The notes under the pieces were generated by a model. The model was not told the origin of the DNA and made no database searches. It worked only from the letters and a program-made list of their open reading frames with translations. Made by a program: the position numbers and the translations under genes. Positions 1 through 10,050 of a stretch of 64,000 nt of DNA are shown here, piece after piece. This DNA is from an uncultured Planctomycetota bacterium (GTDB lineage Bacteria > Planctomycetota > Planctomycetia > Pirellulales > Lacipirellulaceae), in contig CAVRBU010000001.1 in NCBI GenBank assembly GCA_963719315.1, positions 1-64,000 of the forward strand. The letters run 5' to 3'. Numbering within the stretch: position 1 is the first letter of the stretch; each line of letters begins with the position of its first letter.

Positions 1-218
1 CAAGCAATTGGAATGGCAATATTGTGTGGTTGTCGGAACAATGCTTTCGGCTTTAAATGACCGAGACTCCAAACAGAATTTGTGTAGGTATTAAAAACCA
101 TGGCCGGCAGCGGCGTTTTATTACTCGGCTACTTTTTTCCATGGGGTAAAACAACCGACGCCAGATAAACCCAGACCCTCCACGGATCTCCTCCGCCGCT
201 GCCGGCGATCACGGTCTG

Positions 219-395
219 CTACGCTTCGCGAAGCCGCTTAACTTCAGCCCGCAAAATCCGAATTGCCGCGGCTGTTGCTTTGGCCTGCCGGGCCATCTGC
301 TCCTTGATCCTGCGAATCTCGTCATCGACACGCCGCGCCCGTTGGCCTTCCTCGATGATCCTGGTTGTCTCTTGAATCGTGTAACCATCTTTCAT
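219..395 (-). CDS. Small coiled-coil hypothetical protein (58 aa, MKDGYTIQETTRIIEEG...VKRLREA)
   Basis: Manually translated ORF below the track cut-off, GGGAGG RBS 5 nt upstream of ATG. Confidence 0.6.
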   Translation of the reverse strand: MKDGYTIQETTRIIEEGQRARRVDDEIRRIKEQMARQAKATAAAIRILRAEVKRLREA

Positions 396-434
396 TTGAG
401 CCTCCCTGTTGGTCGTCGGGATGGCGGTAAATAA

Positions 435-476
435 GGGCGGCCGCGGTTGGGTTATGAGCCGCCGCGACGGCCGCCC
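435..476. terminator. GC-rich hairpin, possible terminator or processing stem
   Basis: GGGCGGCCG (435-443) / CGGCCGCCC (468-476) inverted repeat between minus-strand ORFs. Confidence 0.35.
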
Positions 477-526
477 CGGAAGCCCGCTACGAGCGGGCGA
501 TTACAAACCGCCCTTGGTCGCATCCT

Positions 527-1365
527 TCAGCAAGCCTTGGAAGTCGGCCGAAATCTCCGCCAAGCTTTTGAATCGTGCGGAATAGGAAATGCCGGGAACG
601 CTGTCACGGACGCAGGCGTCGATGACGGTTCCCTGATCCTCCATGACCCACCTGCGGATGAAGACACCCCGGATGCGATCCTCAGTTGACAATCCAGTGA
701 CGCCGAGCTTGGTCGCAGTGCGACCAATTCGGCCCACCGGATTTCGAGCTCGCAACAATCGTTTTCGTCATCGGATTCAACCAACCCGGCCGCCTTCTCC
801 GCTTCGTGGATCAAATTGCCGAGCAATCCGTAGACGTAATTCGGATCGGAATTATCGTCGTCGGCGTACTTGACACCCTTTTGCTGCTCGCCAACTCAAG
901 GAGCAATTCGGCCAGATTGCGGGCATCCTTGTGGTGGTATTTCGGTTCGAATCGAGCGCGAACACGATACCGACCGAAGCGGCACGCCGAGCAAATCTCG
1001 ACCCACGCCTCATCGATAGTGTGATCGTCGAACACCAACGGCGCAGGCCGGTTGCCGACCGGAATTTCTGGAATCGTCTCCACGTGCGTCGCTTCGATCT
1101 CGCGCACCAACTCATGGACCCAACGCTGTACGAAGCCGGTCGCTTCCGCGCCACTCCATGTGTCGTCCTTGCCATACTTCATCGAATCCGTCAGTTGCTT
1201 TTCAAGCTCGACCACGAGGTTGCGTAGCGACTTGCCGACTGCCGAGAGTGACGTTGGCTTGGCGTCGTAATCATCGACGCAGTCGATGCTGTGCCGGACG
1301 GCGAGCCAATACTCGCTATCGCGGTTTTCATCGTCCGGAGCACCGACCGTAAAGTAGGGATTCAT
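527..1365 (-). CDS. Hypothetical element protein, probably one gene split by an indel near 885
   Basis: ORF 811-1386 continues in another frame as QKGVKYADDDNSDPNYVYGLLGNLIHEAEK; 3' end uncertain (501 or 527). Confidence 0.45.
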
Positions 1366-1931
1366 AAAAGCCTTTCCGCGCAGCATCGCTACGCATTGGG
1401 ATTTGGCTGTGGAGAGCGTCGCCGGGCAACGTGCCCCAAAAAAGCGCAGTCCAACAGCGTTGGACCACGATGAGCCGCCAAAAAACCGGTACGGGCCATT
1501 GCCCGCTACGGCGAAACGGCGTGGCAGGAGAACCTTGAACCGGCTTCACCGCCGGTGCGGGGGCGTTTTGCTGCGTTCCCGCAATGGGGAGCTATTCCCA
1601 TCATATGCGCCGACAAACCGGCGTTCAAGGGTCGTTTTTGGGTCGGCCGAAATTTTTCTGGTTTTGCTAGCAACCGGCCGCAGAGGACCCCCTCGACGCC
1701 AACCGGCCCGGCTTAAGTGTTCACTCGCGCTCGCGTTTACGTATTCTATTCTCCAAGCCCCGGTTCATACCTGCGCCGGCGGCAAAGATAACGCGGTCGA
1801 TTGGCTTTAGCCTGGAAACGACACCACTCGACCGCGTGTATTGGACGAGATGACAACCGACCAGCTAATTGCGGGCCGTTGTGATTTGCTCTCGTCGATC
1901 ACAACGGCCCGTGTCGTATCCAGAGACGATC

Positions 1932-3194
1932 ATGCTGGACGAATCGACTCTCGCAATTTATCGGCGAATGCGGCTGCCGCTCGTGGCTTGCCGGGGCAAG
2001 GGCTACGCATTCAGCGGCTTGTACATGCCGACGCCGTATAGCACCTTATGCGAATGGCCACGCCAAGTCGGGCTACTCACCGGCTACCCGTTCTATGGTG
2101 GCAAGCTCCTCGTCATGGACGTTGATCCGAGAAATCACGGTGACGAAAGTCTCGCCAAACTCATTGCCAAATTCGGCCCGCTTCCCTACACGGCTCACCA
2201 GCGAACACCATCCGGCGGCGATCACTACTTCTTTGTAGTCCCGGCTGATTTGGAAATCCCGCAAGACTTACCCGACCTCCCCGGCATCGACGTTTTCTCG
2301 CAGCAGAACCATCACATCCTCATCGCACCGAGCACCTTCAACCGCAATTCGTACAGCTGGGAAGTGCCGATCTGGGACACGGTCGCGGAATGCCCCGAAC
2401 ACTTGCTGTATTTCGCAAGGTTGTGGTCGCGAAAGCCAGAGGACGAGCCGCCGGTCGCGTTCGTCGGGCGAACGGCCCCCCGGCCGGCTCTGCCGCTCAA
2501 CGCAAGAGGAAAGGCCAAGGGAAAGCCCACGAGATATATGTCGTCGGCCCAAGACCTGATCCAACGGTTTCCGATCGCTGCTGGCAACCGGCACAAGCAG
2601 ACGGTCAGGGCTGCGACCAGCTTGGTCTGTCGTGGAGTGGCCAATGTGGAACGGATGATGGAGGACTACTGCCGACACTTCGCCTCGACATACGGATCGA
2701 CGGTGGCGGCGGCAATCCGCGATGCGAAAAGTGCGGTCGAGTGGGCCAAGCGAGCGTTGGAGGAGGAGCGATTGGTGGAAGCGGTGCCGAGCCACTTGGA
2801 GCGGACGGTGGTATTGGAGTTGTCGGCGGAAGAGGAGGATTTGATTGCGGGCGTACGGGGCGAGTCGGCCCGGTTGTTTGTGCGGGCGGCACTCCTCCAC
2901 CAGCGGTACGAGAGTGGGAGAGAAGAGAACAAGCTCTTTTATCCTTACAGGGATGACATAAGGGCAACGAACGACCAATTGCAAGCGATCATGGCGACCC
3001 TTAGCGGTAAGGTCGTGGACGACCGACAATTGGAACGCCAAAAGCGGAAGTTCATCACGCGGCCGGGACTGCCCGCAAGTCAGATGGAGTTGTGGGTTGA
3101 GGTCGAGAAGGGCCGGCGGGGAAGGAAAGGGGAACCGCCGACACCAACCACGTACAAGACAACAAGCCCTTTTATCCTTACAGGGATGACATAA
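1932..3194 (+). CDS. Bifunctional DNA primase/polymerase (Prim-Pol, AEP) with PriCT-like and possible C-terminal wHTH region
   Basis: VGLLTG, LLVMDVDP (DxD), RTPSGGDHYFF (HxY-type), IDV..ILIAPS motifs; GNRH PriCT-like motif. Confidence 0.85.
   Translation: MLDESTLAIYRRMRLPLVACRGKGYAFSGLYMPTPYSTLCEWPRQVGLLTGYPFYGGKLLVMDVDPRNHGDESLAKLIAKFGPLPYTAHQRTPSGGDHYFFVVPADLEIPQDLPDLPGIDVFSQQNHHILIAPSTFNRNSYSWEVPIWDTVAECPEHLLYFARLWSRKPEDEPPVAFVGRTAPRPALPLNARGKAKGKPTRYMSSAQDLIQRFPIAAGNRHKQTVRAATSLVCRGVANVERMMEDYCRHFASTYGSTVAAAIRDAKSAVEWAKRALEEERLVEAVPSHLERTVVLELSAEEEDLIAGVRGESARLFVRAALLHQRYESGREENKLFYPYRDDIRATNDQLQAIMATLSGKVVDDRQLERQKRKFITRPGLPASQMELWVEVEKGRRGRKGEPPTPTTYKTTSPFILTGMT
2928..3194 (+). repeat. 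Two 34-bp direct repeats (2928-2961, 3161-3194)
   Basis: AACAAGCYCTTTTATCCTTACAGGGATGACATAA, 33/34 identical. Confidence 0.95.
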
Positions 3195-3416
3195 AGCGAG
3201 GAGAGAGTTCAATCCTTGAAGTGCTCGCATCCTTGCCACTCATCTCGCCACAGAAATCTATCGTAGAGCCAGAGGAACAAGTCTGGCTGAACCCGCCGCT
3301 CCCCCTTGCTCGTCCCTTGCTCGAAAGCATGGGGCCTGGGGCCGGTACGTCCGACACAACTGTCTAATCTTACCGTGTTTTCATGCGTCCGACGGCGTGC
3401 TCGTTAATCCCCAAAG

Positions 3417-3456
3417 CTGATTTCGAGTCAGGCCGCTAACCATTCGCTTACCCTCC
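3417..3456 (-). pseudogene. 5' half of tRNA-Ser(CGA), probable attachment-site fragment
   Basis: GGAGGGTAAGCGAATGGTTAGCGGCCTGA-CTCGAAA-TCAG: acceptor 5' strand, D-loop TGG, anticodon arm; no T-arm follows. Confidence 0.65.
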
Positions 3457-3471
3457 TCGGCGAAGCTCCCA

Positions 3472-3500
3472 ATTAAATACCAAACGGCAGCCGCCGGCAA
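3472..3500 (-). promoter_or_regulatory. sigma70-type promoter upstream of the tRNA-Ser fragment
   Basis: TTGCCG-N17-TTTAAT, 15 nt before GGAGGG. Confidence 0.5.
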
Positions 3501-3903
3501 GGCAGGAGCCGCGGCGAAAGCTGGGCGTGTCAAATTGCGAACAAGCCTCAGAAACCGAATTATGCGCCTAGCCAATTGGCCGACTGCGCCGTGGGAAACG
3601 GGTCTATGGCTGGCGCGGTATCACTCGGCTTGCGGCCTGAAGCGATTAGATCGCTCGATTGCGCGACGTTCATGCCGAATTGCGTTTGGGCAGCGGATGT
3701 GACGGTTTGCCTCAGTGCGCCTGCTGAGCACGGGTCGAGCGTTTACGTCGTAATCTGCCTCGGTGATCGCCGATAGCAATGTTGTCCTGAGCCCGACTGG
3801 CGCCGCAGTCGCCGCAGAACTGGGCCCACCAGCCGGGCGAAAGCGCAATGCCAAGCGGCAAACCCGATCCGTCCAATCCCTCCCCGCCCACGTCGACGAA
3901 CTT

Positions 3904-4194
3904 ATGAACCCCACGATCCGCATCGTTACGCGCGGCAGCAACGGCGAGCTGCGCTCCAAGGATTACGAAAAACACGAAACGGTGTTGAAGATGCACACGC
4001 AGATTGGTGTGGATGATTGCAGCACCGACCTGAGCCTGCGAGGCATGCCCGTCTTCCGTGGGTTGATCGGCCCCATGCCAGAAGCCAAAGGCGTCGTGCG
4101 TTATGAAACGCCCGAGGTCTTTGAAACTCTGACAAAAGAGTGGACGACGGTCAACACATCGCGCAGCCGTCGGCGTCGCACGTCGACAACTTGA
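3904..4194 (+). CDS. Hypothetical protein
   Basis: Protein-like ORF MNPTIRIVTRG...; start uncertain (3763 alternative). Confidence 0.6.
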   Translation: MNPTIRIVTRGSNGELRSKDYEKHETVLKMHTQIGVDDCSTDLSLRGMPVFRGLIGPMPEAKGVVRYETPEVFETLTKEWTTVNTSRSRRRRTSTT

Positions 4195-4243
4195 TTTGAT
4201 ACGCGATAGCTGCGCAAACTTCGGATCTGGCGATTCGATCGAC

Positions 4244-4861
4244 CTAGCGTCGATACGCATCGGCCGTCGTCGATGTTGCCCAGGGGCTGGCAGTGCGCGG
4301 CGGATCGCTTTGAAGTTGTTGGCTACCTATCGGCAGGCTCGCCACGCTCGTTGTCGTTGAGCCAGGCGCCGTCAAGTTCGTGCCGGCGGGCGCAACGCTC
4401 ACCGGGACGCGACTCGTGTATTCTCCCGCCACTGTGCGATACGTCGTCACCGGCACTTGCGTTGTCTGCGTTTCCGCTACCCAGTTCGTGCGCGCGACCG
4501 GGATCTGCACGGTGGCGGGCCGTGCTTCCCAGCGTGTCACCGGTTGCAGGTCGTGCGTCCAATACGCTCCCGTGAACGGGTTCCACCAGTTTCGTAGATG
4601 CGGAACGTATTGATACTGAGTCACCGGCGTCAGATACGTTTGTTGGTAAGATTGATATTCTGTTGTAACCTGTGGCCGATAAACTTGTTGCTGACGGGTC
4701 TGGATCTCCGTCGACGGAATGGAACGTTGAACAATTTGACGCGTGACTTGATACTTCACGCCGTCCGGTCCATCCTCATACGTTGTGGTCGCTTGACCAT
4801 GGGCCGCGGCGCCGATCGAACCGGCCGCCAACCACGCGAGCGTAAACAGCGATTTTTTCAT
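4244..4861 (-). CDS. Secreted Thr/Val/Gln/Tyr-rich hypothetical protein
   Basis: Signal peptide MKKSLFTLAWLAAGSIGAAAHG. Confidence 0.75.
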   Translation of the reverse strand: MKKSLFTLAWLAAGSIGAAAHGQATTTYEDGPDGVKYQVTRQIVQRSIPSTEIQTRQQQVYRPQVTTEYQSYQQTYLTPVTQYQYVPHLRNWWNPFTGAYWTHDLQPVTRWEARPATVQIPVARTNWVAETQTTQVPVTTYRTVAGEYTSRVPVSVAPAGTNLTAPGSTTTSVASLPIGSQQLQSDPPRTASPWATSTTADAYRR

Positions 4862-5140
4862 CAATCTGATCCTCCAGGCTGGCTCCCCCGCCAGTCGGCA
4901 ATGCATCTAAAGTCGGCGGTAGAATCCGACTTCAGCCGGGCATTGCTTATCGAAAGTATCGGCAAGGAGGTAGCGGCATCATCAACACCGAAACCTGCTA
5001 GCGTTTTTCTTGCACTGATAGTCGCGTTCGCCATGCTGCCCCTTGAAATTCCAGTGTAAATCCGTGAAGCTGGTTGATTCGGGACCGCCGGGCGACGGCC
5101 AAACTGTCGCGTCGCTTGGTTCCATCCAGGCGGAGGTCAT

Positions 5141-5416
5141 ATGCTTCCAACGAAACTTCTGGCGTTTCTCCGCTGCCCGGAGGATCGCTCAGAATTAGAG
5201 CCGGCCAGCGAAATGCTCATCCAGCAAATCAATTCGGCGATTCGTTCCGGCCGACTCACGAATCGCACGGGTCGAACGCTCGAAGGGTCGATCAACGGCG
5301 GACTGATTCGAGCGCGCGGAGACATGCTGTACCCCGTCGTTCGGAATATCCCCCTCCTTTTGCGCGACGAAGCCGTGCCGCTCAGTCAGCTTTCACCGCC
5401 TGCGAACAACCGATGA
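5141..5416 (+). CDS. Trm112-like protein
   Basis: LLAFLRCP...[11 protein letters not shown] pattern; GGAGG RBS. Confidence 0.75.
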   Translation: MLPTKLLAFLRCPEDRSELEPASEMLIQQINSAIRSGRLTNRTGRTLEGSINGGLIRARGDMLYPVVRNIPLLLRDEAVPLSQLSPPANNR

Positions 5417-5429
5417 GGCATTAACTCTT

Positions 5430-5774
5430 GTGGCCGAAAATACTATCTTTCAACGAATCATTAACAAGGAAATCCCGACCAAGATCATCTTCGAAGATGA
5501 CCAATGCCTGGCCTTCCACGACATCGCCGCTCAGGCGCCCACGCATGTGCTGGTGATTCCCAATCGCCCGATCGAATCGATCGCCACGATCGCCGATGAC
5601 GACGCGGACCTGGTCGCCCACATCTGGCTCGTGATCCGCGACCTGGCAAAACAACTCAAACTCGACGGCGGTTACCGCGTCGTGGTTAACTGCGGCCGCG
5701 ACGGCGGCCAGTCGGTGGATCACTTGCATTTTCACCTGCTAGGCGGCCGGCAAATGACGTGGCCGCCAGGTTAG
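5430..5774 (+). CDS. hinT: Histidine triad nucleotide-binding protein
   Basis: [29 protein letters not shown] triad. Confidence 0.95.
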   Translation: MAENTIFQRIINKEIPTKIIFEDDQCLAFHDIAAQAPTHVLVIPNRPIESIATIADDDADLVAHIWLVIRDLAKQLKLDGGYRVVVNCGRDGGQSVDHLHFHLLGGRQMTWPPG

Positions 5775-5999
5775 AAATCAAAATGAGAAGAACCTTCGAC
5801 CCGCTCGGTGCGTTAGATAGTATTGGGGGAGTTCTCGCTACCGTGCTCCGGCCAATCCCCGTAGCTTGCCCGCCAATATAGGCCTGCGCCAGGCATGCTC
5901 TTGGAAATATAATGACACGTAGGGACTACGTGTCATGAATTAAGCCGCCCGGCGCTTGGTCGAAGACCGCCATCTCACTCCAATCATCTGTTTCTGCTT

Positions 6000-7430
6000 A
6001 TGATCAAAACAGCCGTCGCGACCCTTGTTTTGATCACAGCGTCGCTGACCGCCACCTGGTGGTATCGGCAAGACACCAAGCCGACTCTGCCGGCCCTGCG
6101 AACGGCGTCGGTCGAACGGGGCGATTTACTGTTCACGATCGATGCAACCGGGACCGTCGAGCCGGAGGAGGTCGTGGATGTCGGCGCACAGGTTGCCGGC
6201 AAGGTCCAGAACCTGGGCGTTGATCCTCGTGATCCGGAACGCACGATCGATTATGGCTCGCCGGTAAGCGTCGGCACGGTGCTCGCGCGCATCGATGACT
6301 CGCTGTATCAGTCCGACGTCGAACAGGCACAAGCGCAGGTCGACTCCGCACAAGCGTTCGCCGAATCCACCGCCGCTCAAGTTGTCGAATCGCAGGCGAA
6401 TGTCGAACGAGCCGAAAAAGACTTGTTGCAAATGCGATCCAAGCTCTTTCAGGCCGATCGCGATTGGGTACGCGTTCAGGACCTGTGGAAGTCGTCGCCA
6501 GGCGCCATCTCCGAGTCCGATTATGATCAAGCCCGCTCCACCTATGAATCCGCCGATGCCATGGTGGGTGTGGGGACCGCCGCCATCGCTCAAGCCAACG
6601 CTCAGCTGGCCAACTCGAAGGCCGCCGTTACCAAGTCGCACGCCGACTTGAACAACGCGCAGGCAATCCTCAAACGGGCCCAAACGAATCTCGGTTACTG
6701 CACCATCAAATCGCCGGTCGATGGAGTGATCATCGACCGCCGCATCAACGTCGGGCAAACTGTCGTCTCGAGTCTCAATTCGCCTAGTTTGTTTTTGATT
6801 GCCAAGGACTTGAAGCGAATGCAGGTCTGGGCGTCGGTCAACGAGGCCGATATCGGTCATATCCACTCTGGCCAGGCAGTGCGTTTCACCGTCGATGCAT
6901 ATCCCAACCAGCCATTCCAAGGCGTCGTCGCCGCCGATCAGCCGCGGCTCAACGCCAGCATGAATCAAAACGTCGTCACGTATACCGTCGTCGTAAATAC
7001 GGATAACTCCCAAGGGCGGCTGCTCCCCTATCTGACGGCCGACTTGCAGTTCGAGGTGGCGCGACACGAAAAAGTACTGCTCGTACCCAATGCGGCCCTG
7101 CGATGGCGGCCCTCGCCGCAGCGGCTCGTAGTCTCCGGCTTGCCCGCGACGCCGCCCGAACCGGCCCACACCCAGGCGAATCGCAACGAAGCCGAGCCGG
7201 ATGGAACATCGATCGGCGAAGGCACGTTGTGGCTCGCAGATGGCACGCAAATTCAACCGCTGAAAGTTCGCACCGGTTTGAGCGATGGCACCCGCACCGA
7301 AGTCGCCGCAAACGACTTGACGGAAGGTGCGGCTGTGGCGATTGCCGAAGAGTATGTAGCCAGCGATGCGGAGACAAAGGACCCATTTTCACCCAAGGTC
7401 TTCGGAGGCGCCGGCCGTCGCCAGCAGTAA
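6000..7430 (+). CDS. MacA/HlyD-type periplasmic adaptor
   Basis: N-terminal TM, VGAQVAGKV, coiled coil, IKSPVDGVII, VPNAAL. Confidence 0.9.
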   Translation: MIKTAVATLVLITASLTATWWYRQDTKPTLPALRTASVERGDLLFTIDATGTVEPEEVVDVGAQVAGKVQNLGVDPRDPERTIDYGSPVSVGTVLARIDDSLYQSDVEQAQAQVDSAQAFAESTAAQVVESQANVERAEKDLLQMRSKLFQADRDWVRVQDLWKSSPGAISESDYDQARSTYESADAMVGVGTAAIAQANAQLANSKAAVTKSHADLNNAQAILKRAQTNLGYCTIKSPVDGVIIDRRINVGQTVVSSLNSPSLFLIAKDLKRMQVWASVNEADIGHIHSGQAVRFTVDAYPNQPFQGVVAADQPRLNASMNQNVVTYTVVVNTDNSQGRLLPYLTADLQFEVARHEKVLLVPNAALRWRPSPQRLVVSGLPATPPEPAHTQANRNEAEPDGTSIGEGTLWLADGTQIQPLKVRTGLSDGTRTEVAANDLTEGAAVAIAEEYVASDAETKDPFSPKVFGGAGRRQQ

Positions 7431-7440
7431 TGATCCCGTT

Positions 7441-8160
7441 ATGTCGCTGATTCGCCTCGAACACATCTACAAGACGTACCATCTGGGCGAAATCGATGTG
7501 CCCGTCTTGCGCGGCGTGTCGCTCTCGATCGAGCGTGGCGAAATGGTGGCCCTTATCGGCGCATCTGGCTCCGGGAAGACAACGCTGATGAATATCGTCG
7601 GCTGTCTCGATCGCCCCTCGTCCGGGAAATACTGGCTCGATGGCTGCGACATGTCGAACGCGTCGGCCGATGACCGGGCGCAGGCTCGAAATGACAAGAT
7701 CGGGTTCATCTTCCAGAGTTTCAATCTTTTGCAGCGAACGAGTGCGCTTGAAAACGTTACGATGCCGCTCGAATACGCTCACGAGCACATTTCCGCGAGC
7801 GAAGGCCGGAATCGGGCCAAAAGCCTGCTCGAACGTCTCGGTCTCGGCGACCGTTTCAACAATGAGCCTTCGCAACTCTCCGGTGGTCAGCAACAACGCG
7901 TGGCGATCGCTCGTTCGTTGATACATGATCCGTCGCTTTTGTTGGCCGATGAGCCGACCGGCGCGCTCGATTCGCATACCGGCAACGAAACAATGCAACT
8001 GTTCCAAAAGCTCAACAAGGAACAGCACATAACGATCGTCATCGTTACGCACGACGCCCACGTCGCCGAGTACGCCGACCGCACGATTCACATTCGCGAT
8101 GGCTTGATCGAACACGAACCCGAAGAAACCGCGGCGGTCGTTGCCGCGCACGGAATGTAA
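7441..8160 (+). CDS. ABC transporter ATP-binding protein (MacB/LolD type)
   Basis: GASGSGKT, LSGGQQQR, LLADEPTGALD. Confidence 0.95.
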   Translation: MSLIRLEHIYKTYHLGEIDVPVLRGVSLSIERGEMVALIGASGSGKTTLMNIVGCLDRPSSGKYWLDGCDMSNASADDRAQARNDKIGFIFQSFNLLQRTSALENVTMPLEYAHEHISASEGRNRAKSLLERLGLGDRFNNEPSQLSGGQQQRVAIARSLIHDPSLLLADEPTGALDSHTGNETMQLFQKLNKEQHITIVIVTHDAHVAEYADRTIHIRDGLIEHEPEETAAVVAAHGM

Positions 8161-8184
8161 AAAGCAGAGTTTCGAGATGCGCCG

Positions 8185-9600
8185 ATGAGTCCCGTTAAGA
8201 TCATTCGTACGCTCCGTGTGGCCATTCGAGCCCTGCGGCGCAACGTAATGCGTTCCGCCTTGACGACGCTGGGCATTGTCATCGGCGTGGCGGCCGTGAT
8301 TGCGATGATCGACATCGGGCAAGGCTCGTCGGCATCGGTACAAGCGACGATCGCCAGCATGGGAGCCAATAATCTCGTGATCCAGGCCGGTGCGGGAGCG
8401 AGCGGCGGCGTGAGTTTGGGATCCGGGTCGGCTGTGACGCTTACGCCCCAGGACGCCGAAGCAGTGGCACGCGATTGCCCTGCGGTTTCCGACGTCGCCC
8501 CGATCGTTCGCGTGCGGACGCAGGTAGTTTATGGCAATCGCAACTGGGTGCCAACCTATATCTATGGGACGACGCCGGAGTTTCACGGCGTCCGCGATTG
8601 GCACGCGCTCGACGAAGGCGAGCCCTTCACGGAGCGCGATGTGCGCGGTGCCCGCAAGGTTTGCGTGTTGGGTCAAACGATCGTGCGCGAATTGTTTCAA
8701 GGGGATTCGCCTATCGGTAAAGAAGTCCGCGTCCAAAAAGTCTCGTTCAAGGTAATCGGGGTGTTGAGCCGCAAGGGCGCCAACATGATGGGCATCGACC
8801 AAGACGATATGCTGCTCGCGCCGTGGACCACGATCAAATACCGCGTGGCCGGAGTGTCGGCCGCAACCGGGAACCAAAGCACCTCCTCCAGCACCCCCGC
8901 CGCGACCGCGGCGGCGGGCAGTACCACATCTCAACCCAATTCGCTTAGCGACTTGTACCCTGTTTCCGATTCGCTGGCTCGCGTTTACATCCAGCCATCG
9001 GCAACGCAATTGGCCGATACGCCTCAACCCGTGCGGTTTACGAACGTCGACCAGATTCTGGTGAAGGCAACGTCCGAAACGGCAATTCCGGACGCCATCC
9101 AACAAATCACGCATGTATTGCACGAACGCCATCGCATCTCCCCGGGTCAGCCGGACGATTTCAACATCCGCGACATGACGGAAATGATGAAGGCGCTCGC
9201 CTCAACGTCGACGCTGATGGGCATCCTCCTGCTCTGCGTCGCGCTCATTTCGCTGGCTGTTGGCGGTGTCGGCATCATGAACATCATGATGGTGTCGGTC
9301 ACGGAACGGACCCGCGAGATCGGCCTGCGGATGGCCGTCGGCGCACGCGCGTCCGATGTGCTGCGCCAGTTTCTGATCGAAGCCATCGTGCTCTGCCTGC
9401 TGGGGGGCGCGTTCGGCATCCTCGTCGGTCGCGGCGGTTCGTACCTGGTCCATGAGCTCCTCAAGTGGCCGGTGAAACCTTCGATGCCGGCGGTGGTGCT
9501 GGCAGTTACGGTTTCGGCAATTGTGGGCGTAGTGTTCGGCTACTACCCGGCTTGGAAGGCCTCGCGGCTCGATCCGATCGAGGCCCTGCGATACGAATGA
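8185..9600 (+). CDS. MacB-type ABC permease
   Basis: RSALTTLGIVIGV, GIMNIMMVSVTERTREIGLR, LDPIEALRYE. Confidence 0.95.
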   Translation: MSPVKIIRTLRVAIRALRRNVMRSALTTLGIVIGVAAVIAMIDIGQGSSASVQATIASMGANNLVIQAGAGASGGVSLGSGSAVTLTPQDAEAVARDCPAVSDVAPIVRVRTQVVYGNRNWVPTYIYGTTPEFHGVRDWHALDEGEPFTERDVRGARKVCVLGQTIVRELFQGDSPIGKEVRVQKVSFKVIGVLSRKGANMMGIDQDDMLLAPWTTIKYRVAGVSAATGNQSTSSSTPAATAAAGSTTSQPNSLSDLYPVSDSLARVYIQPSATQLADTPQPVRFTNVDQILVKATSETAIPDAIQQITHVLHERHRISPGQPDDFNIRDMTEMMKALASTSTLMGILLLCVALISLAVGGVGIMNIMMVSVTERTREIGLRMAVGARASDVLRQFLIEAIVLCLLGGAFGILVGRGGSYLVHELLKWPVKPSMPAVVLAVTVSAIVGVVFGYYPAWKASRLDPIEALRYE

Positions 9601-9680
9601 AACCACTTTCCCAACCCGGTCCGTGTTGTTCTACTTACAGGCGCTGCGGAAACCAAATCGTTTCAAATTGGAATAAATCG

Positions 9681-9857
9681 ATGAGGGCATTAGCCTTTTT
9701 GTTGGTATGCGTTGCGGCCTTCTGTGTGTTCGGTTTTCTTACGAGTTTCGAGCCGGGAGCCGGACACATTTATTTTCGGATCGGGTACCCGATCGTGGGT
9801 CTCGTCTGTCTCATCGGCGCTCGGTTGCTGTGGGTATACGACCGCCGTCGGAAGTGA
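9681..9857 (+). CDS. Small two-TM membrane protein
   Basis: Two hydrophobic segments, basic C-terminus. Confidence 0.5.
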   Translation: MRALAFLLVCVAAFCVFGFLTSFEPGAGHIYFRIGYPIVGLVCLIGARLLWVYDRRRK

Positions 9858-9927
9858 CCCGAAGCAGCCGATTCTTTGACGGCGAAAAACCGTATTCGTG
9901 AGCCGGCAAGGCCCCAACCGTGTCCGG

Positions 9928-9956
9928 TTGAACGCCAGCCCGGAGAACGATACGCT
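9928..9956 (+). promoter_or_regulatory. sigma70-type promoter of tRNA-Arg
   Basis: TTGAAC-N17-TACGCT. Confidence 0.45.
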
Positions 9957-9976
9957 GAAGCCTGAACTCTCAACGA

Positions 9977-10050
9977 GTCCGCGTAGCTCAATTGGATAGA
10001 GCGTCGGCCTCCGAAGCCGAAGGTTAGTGGTTCGAATCCACTCGCGGATA
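9977..10050 (+). tRNA. tRNA-Arg(CCG), CCA not encoded
   Basis: GTCCGCG/CGCGGAT acceptor, TCGGC-CTCCGAA-GCCGA anticodon arm, GGTTCGAATCC T-arm. Confidence 0.97.

Larger units (their letters stand above)
1..3416. mobile_element. Right end of a putative integrated element (Prim-Pol type), left end outside window
   Basis: Prim-Pol gene, short orphan ORFs, 34-bp direct repeat; ends at a tRNA-Ser 5' fragment; no integrase visible in window. Confidence 0.6.

Noticed and set aside
944..953. GGTTCGAATC as the missing tRNA-Ser T-arm (also at 56829)
   Set aside because: Wrong strand for the fragment, no T-stem or acceptor pairing; lies in coding or repeat context
2928..3194. 34-bp repeat as a mini CRISPR array
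   Set aside because: Only two copies, 199-bp spacer, inside a CDS, no cas genes
6976..9132. 718-aa minus-strand ORF and similar long antisense ORFs (6126-7256, 28166-29419, 48587-49519)
   Set aside because: Shadows of well-supported plus-strand genes in GC-rich DNA, no motifs
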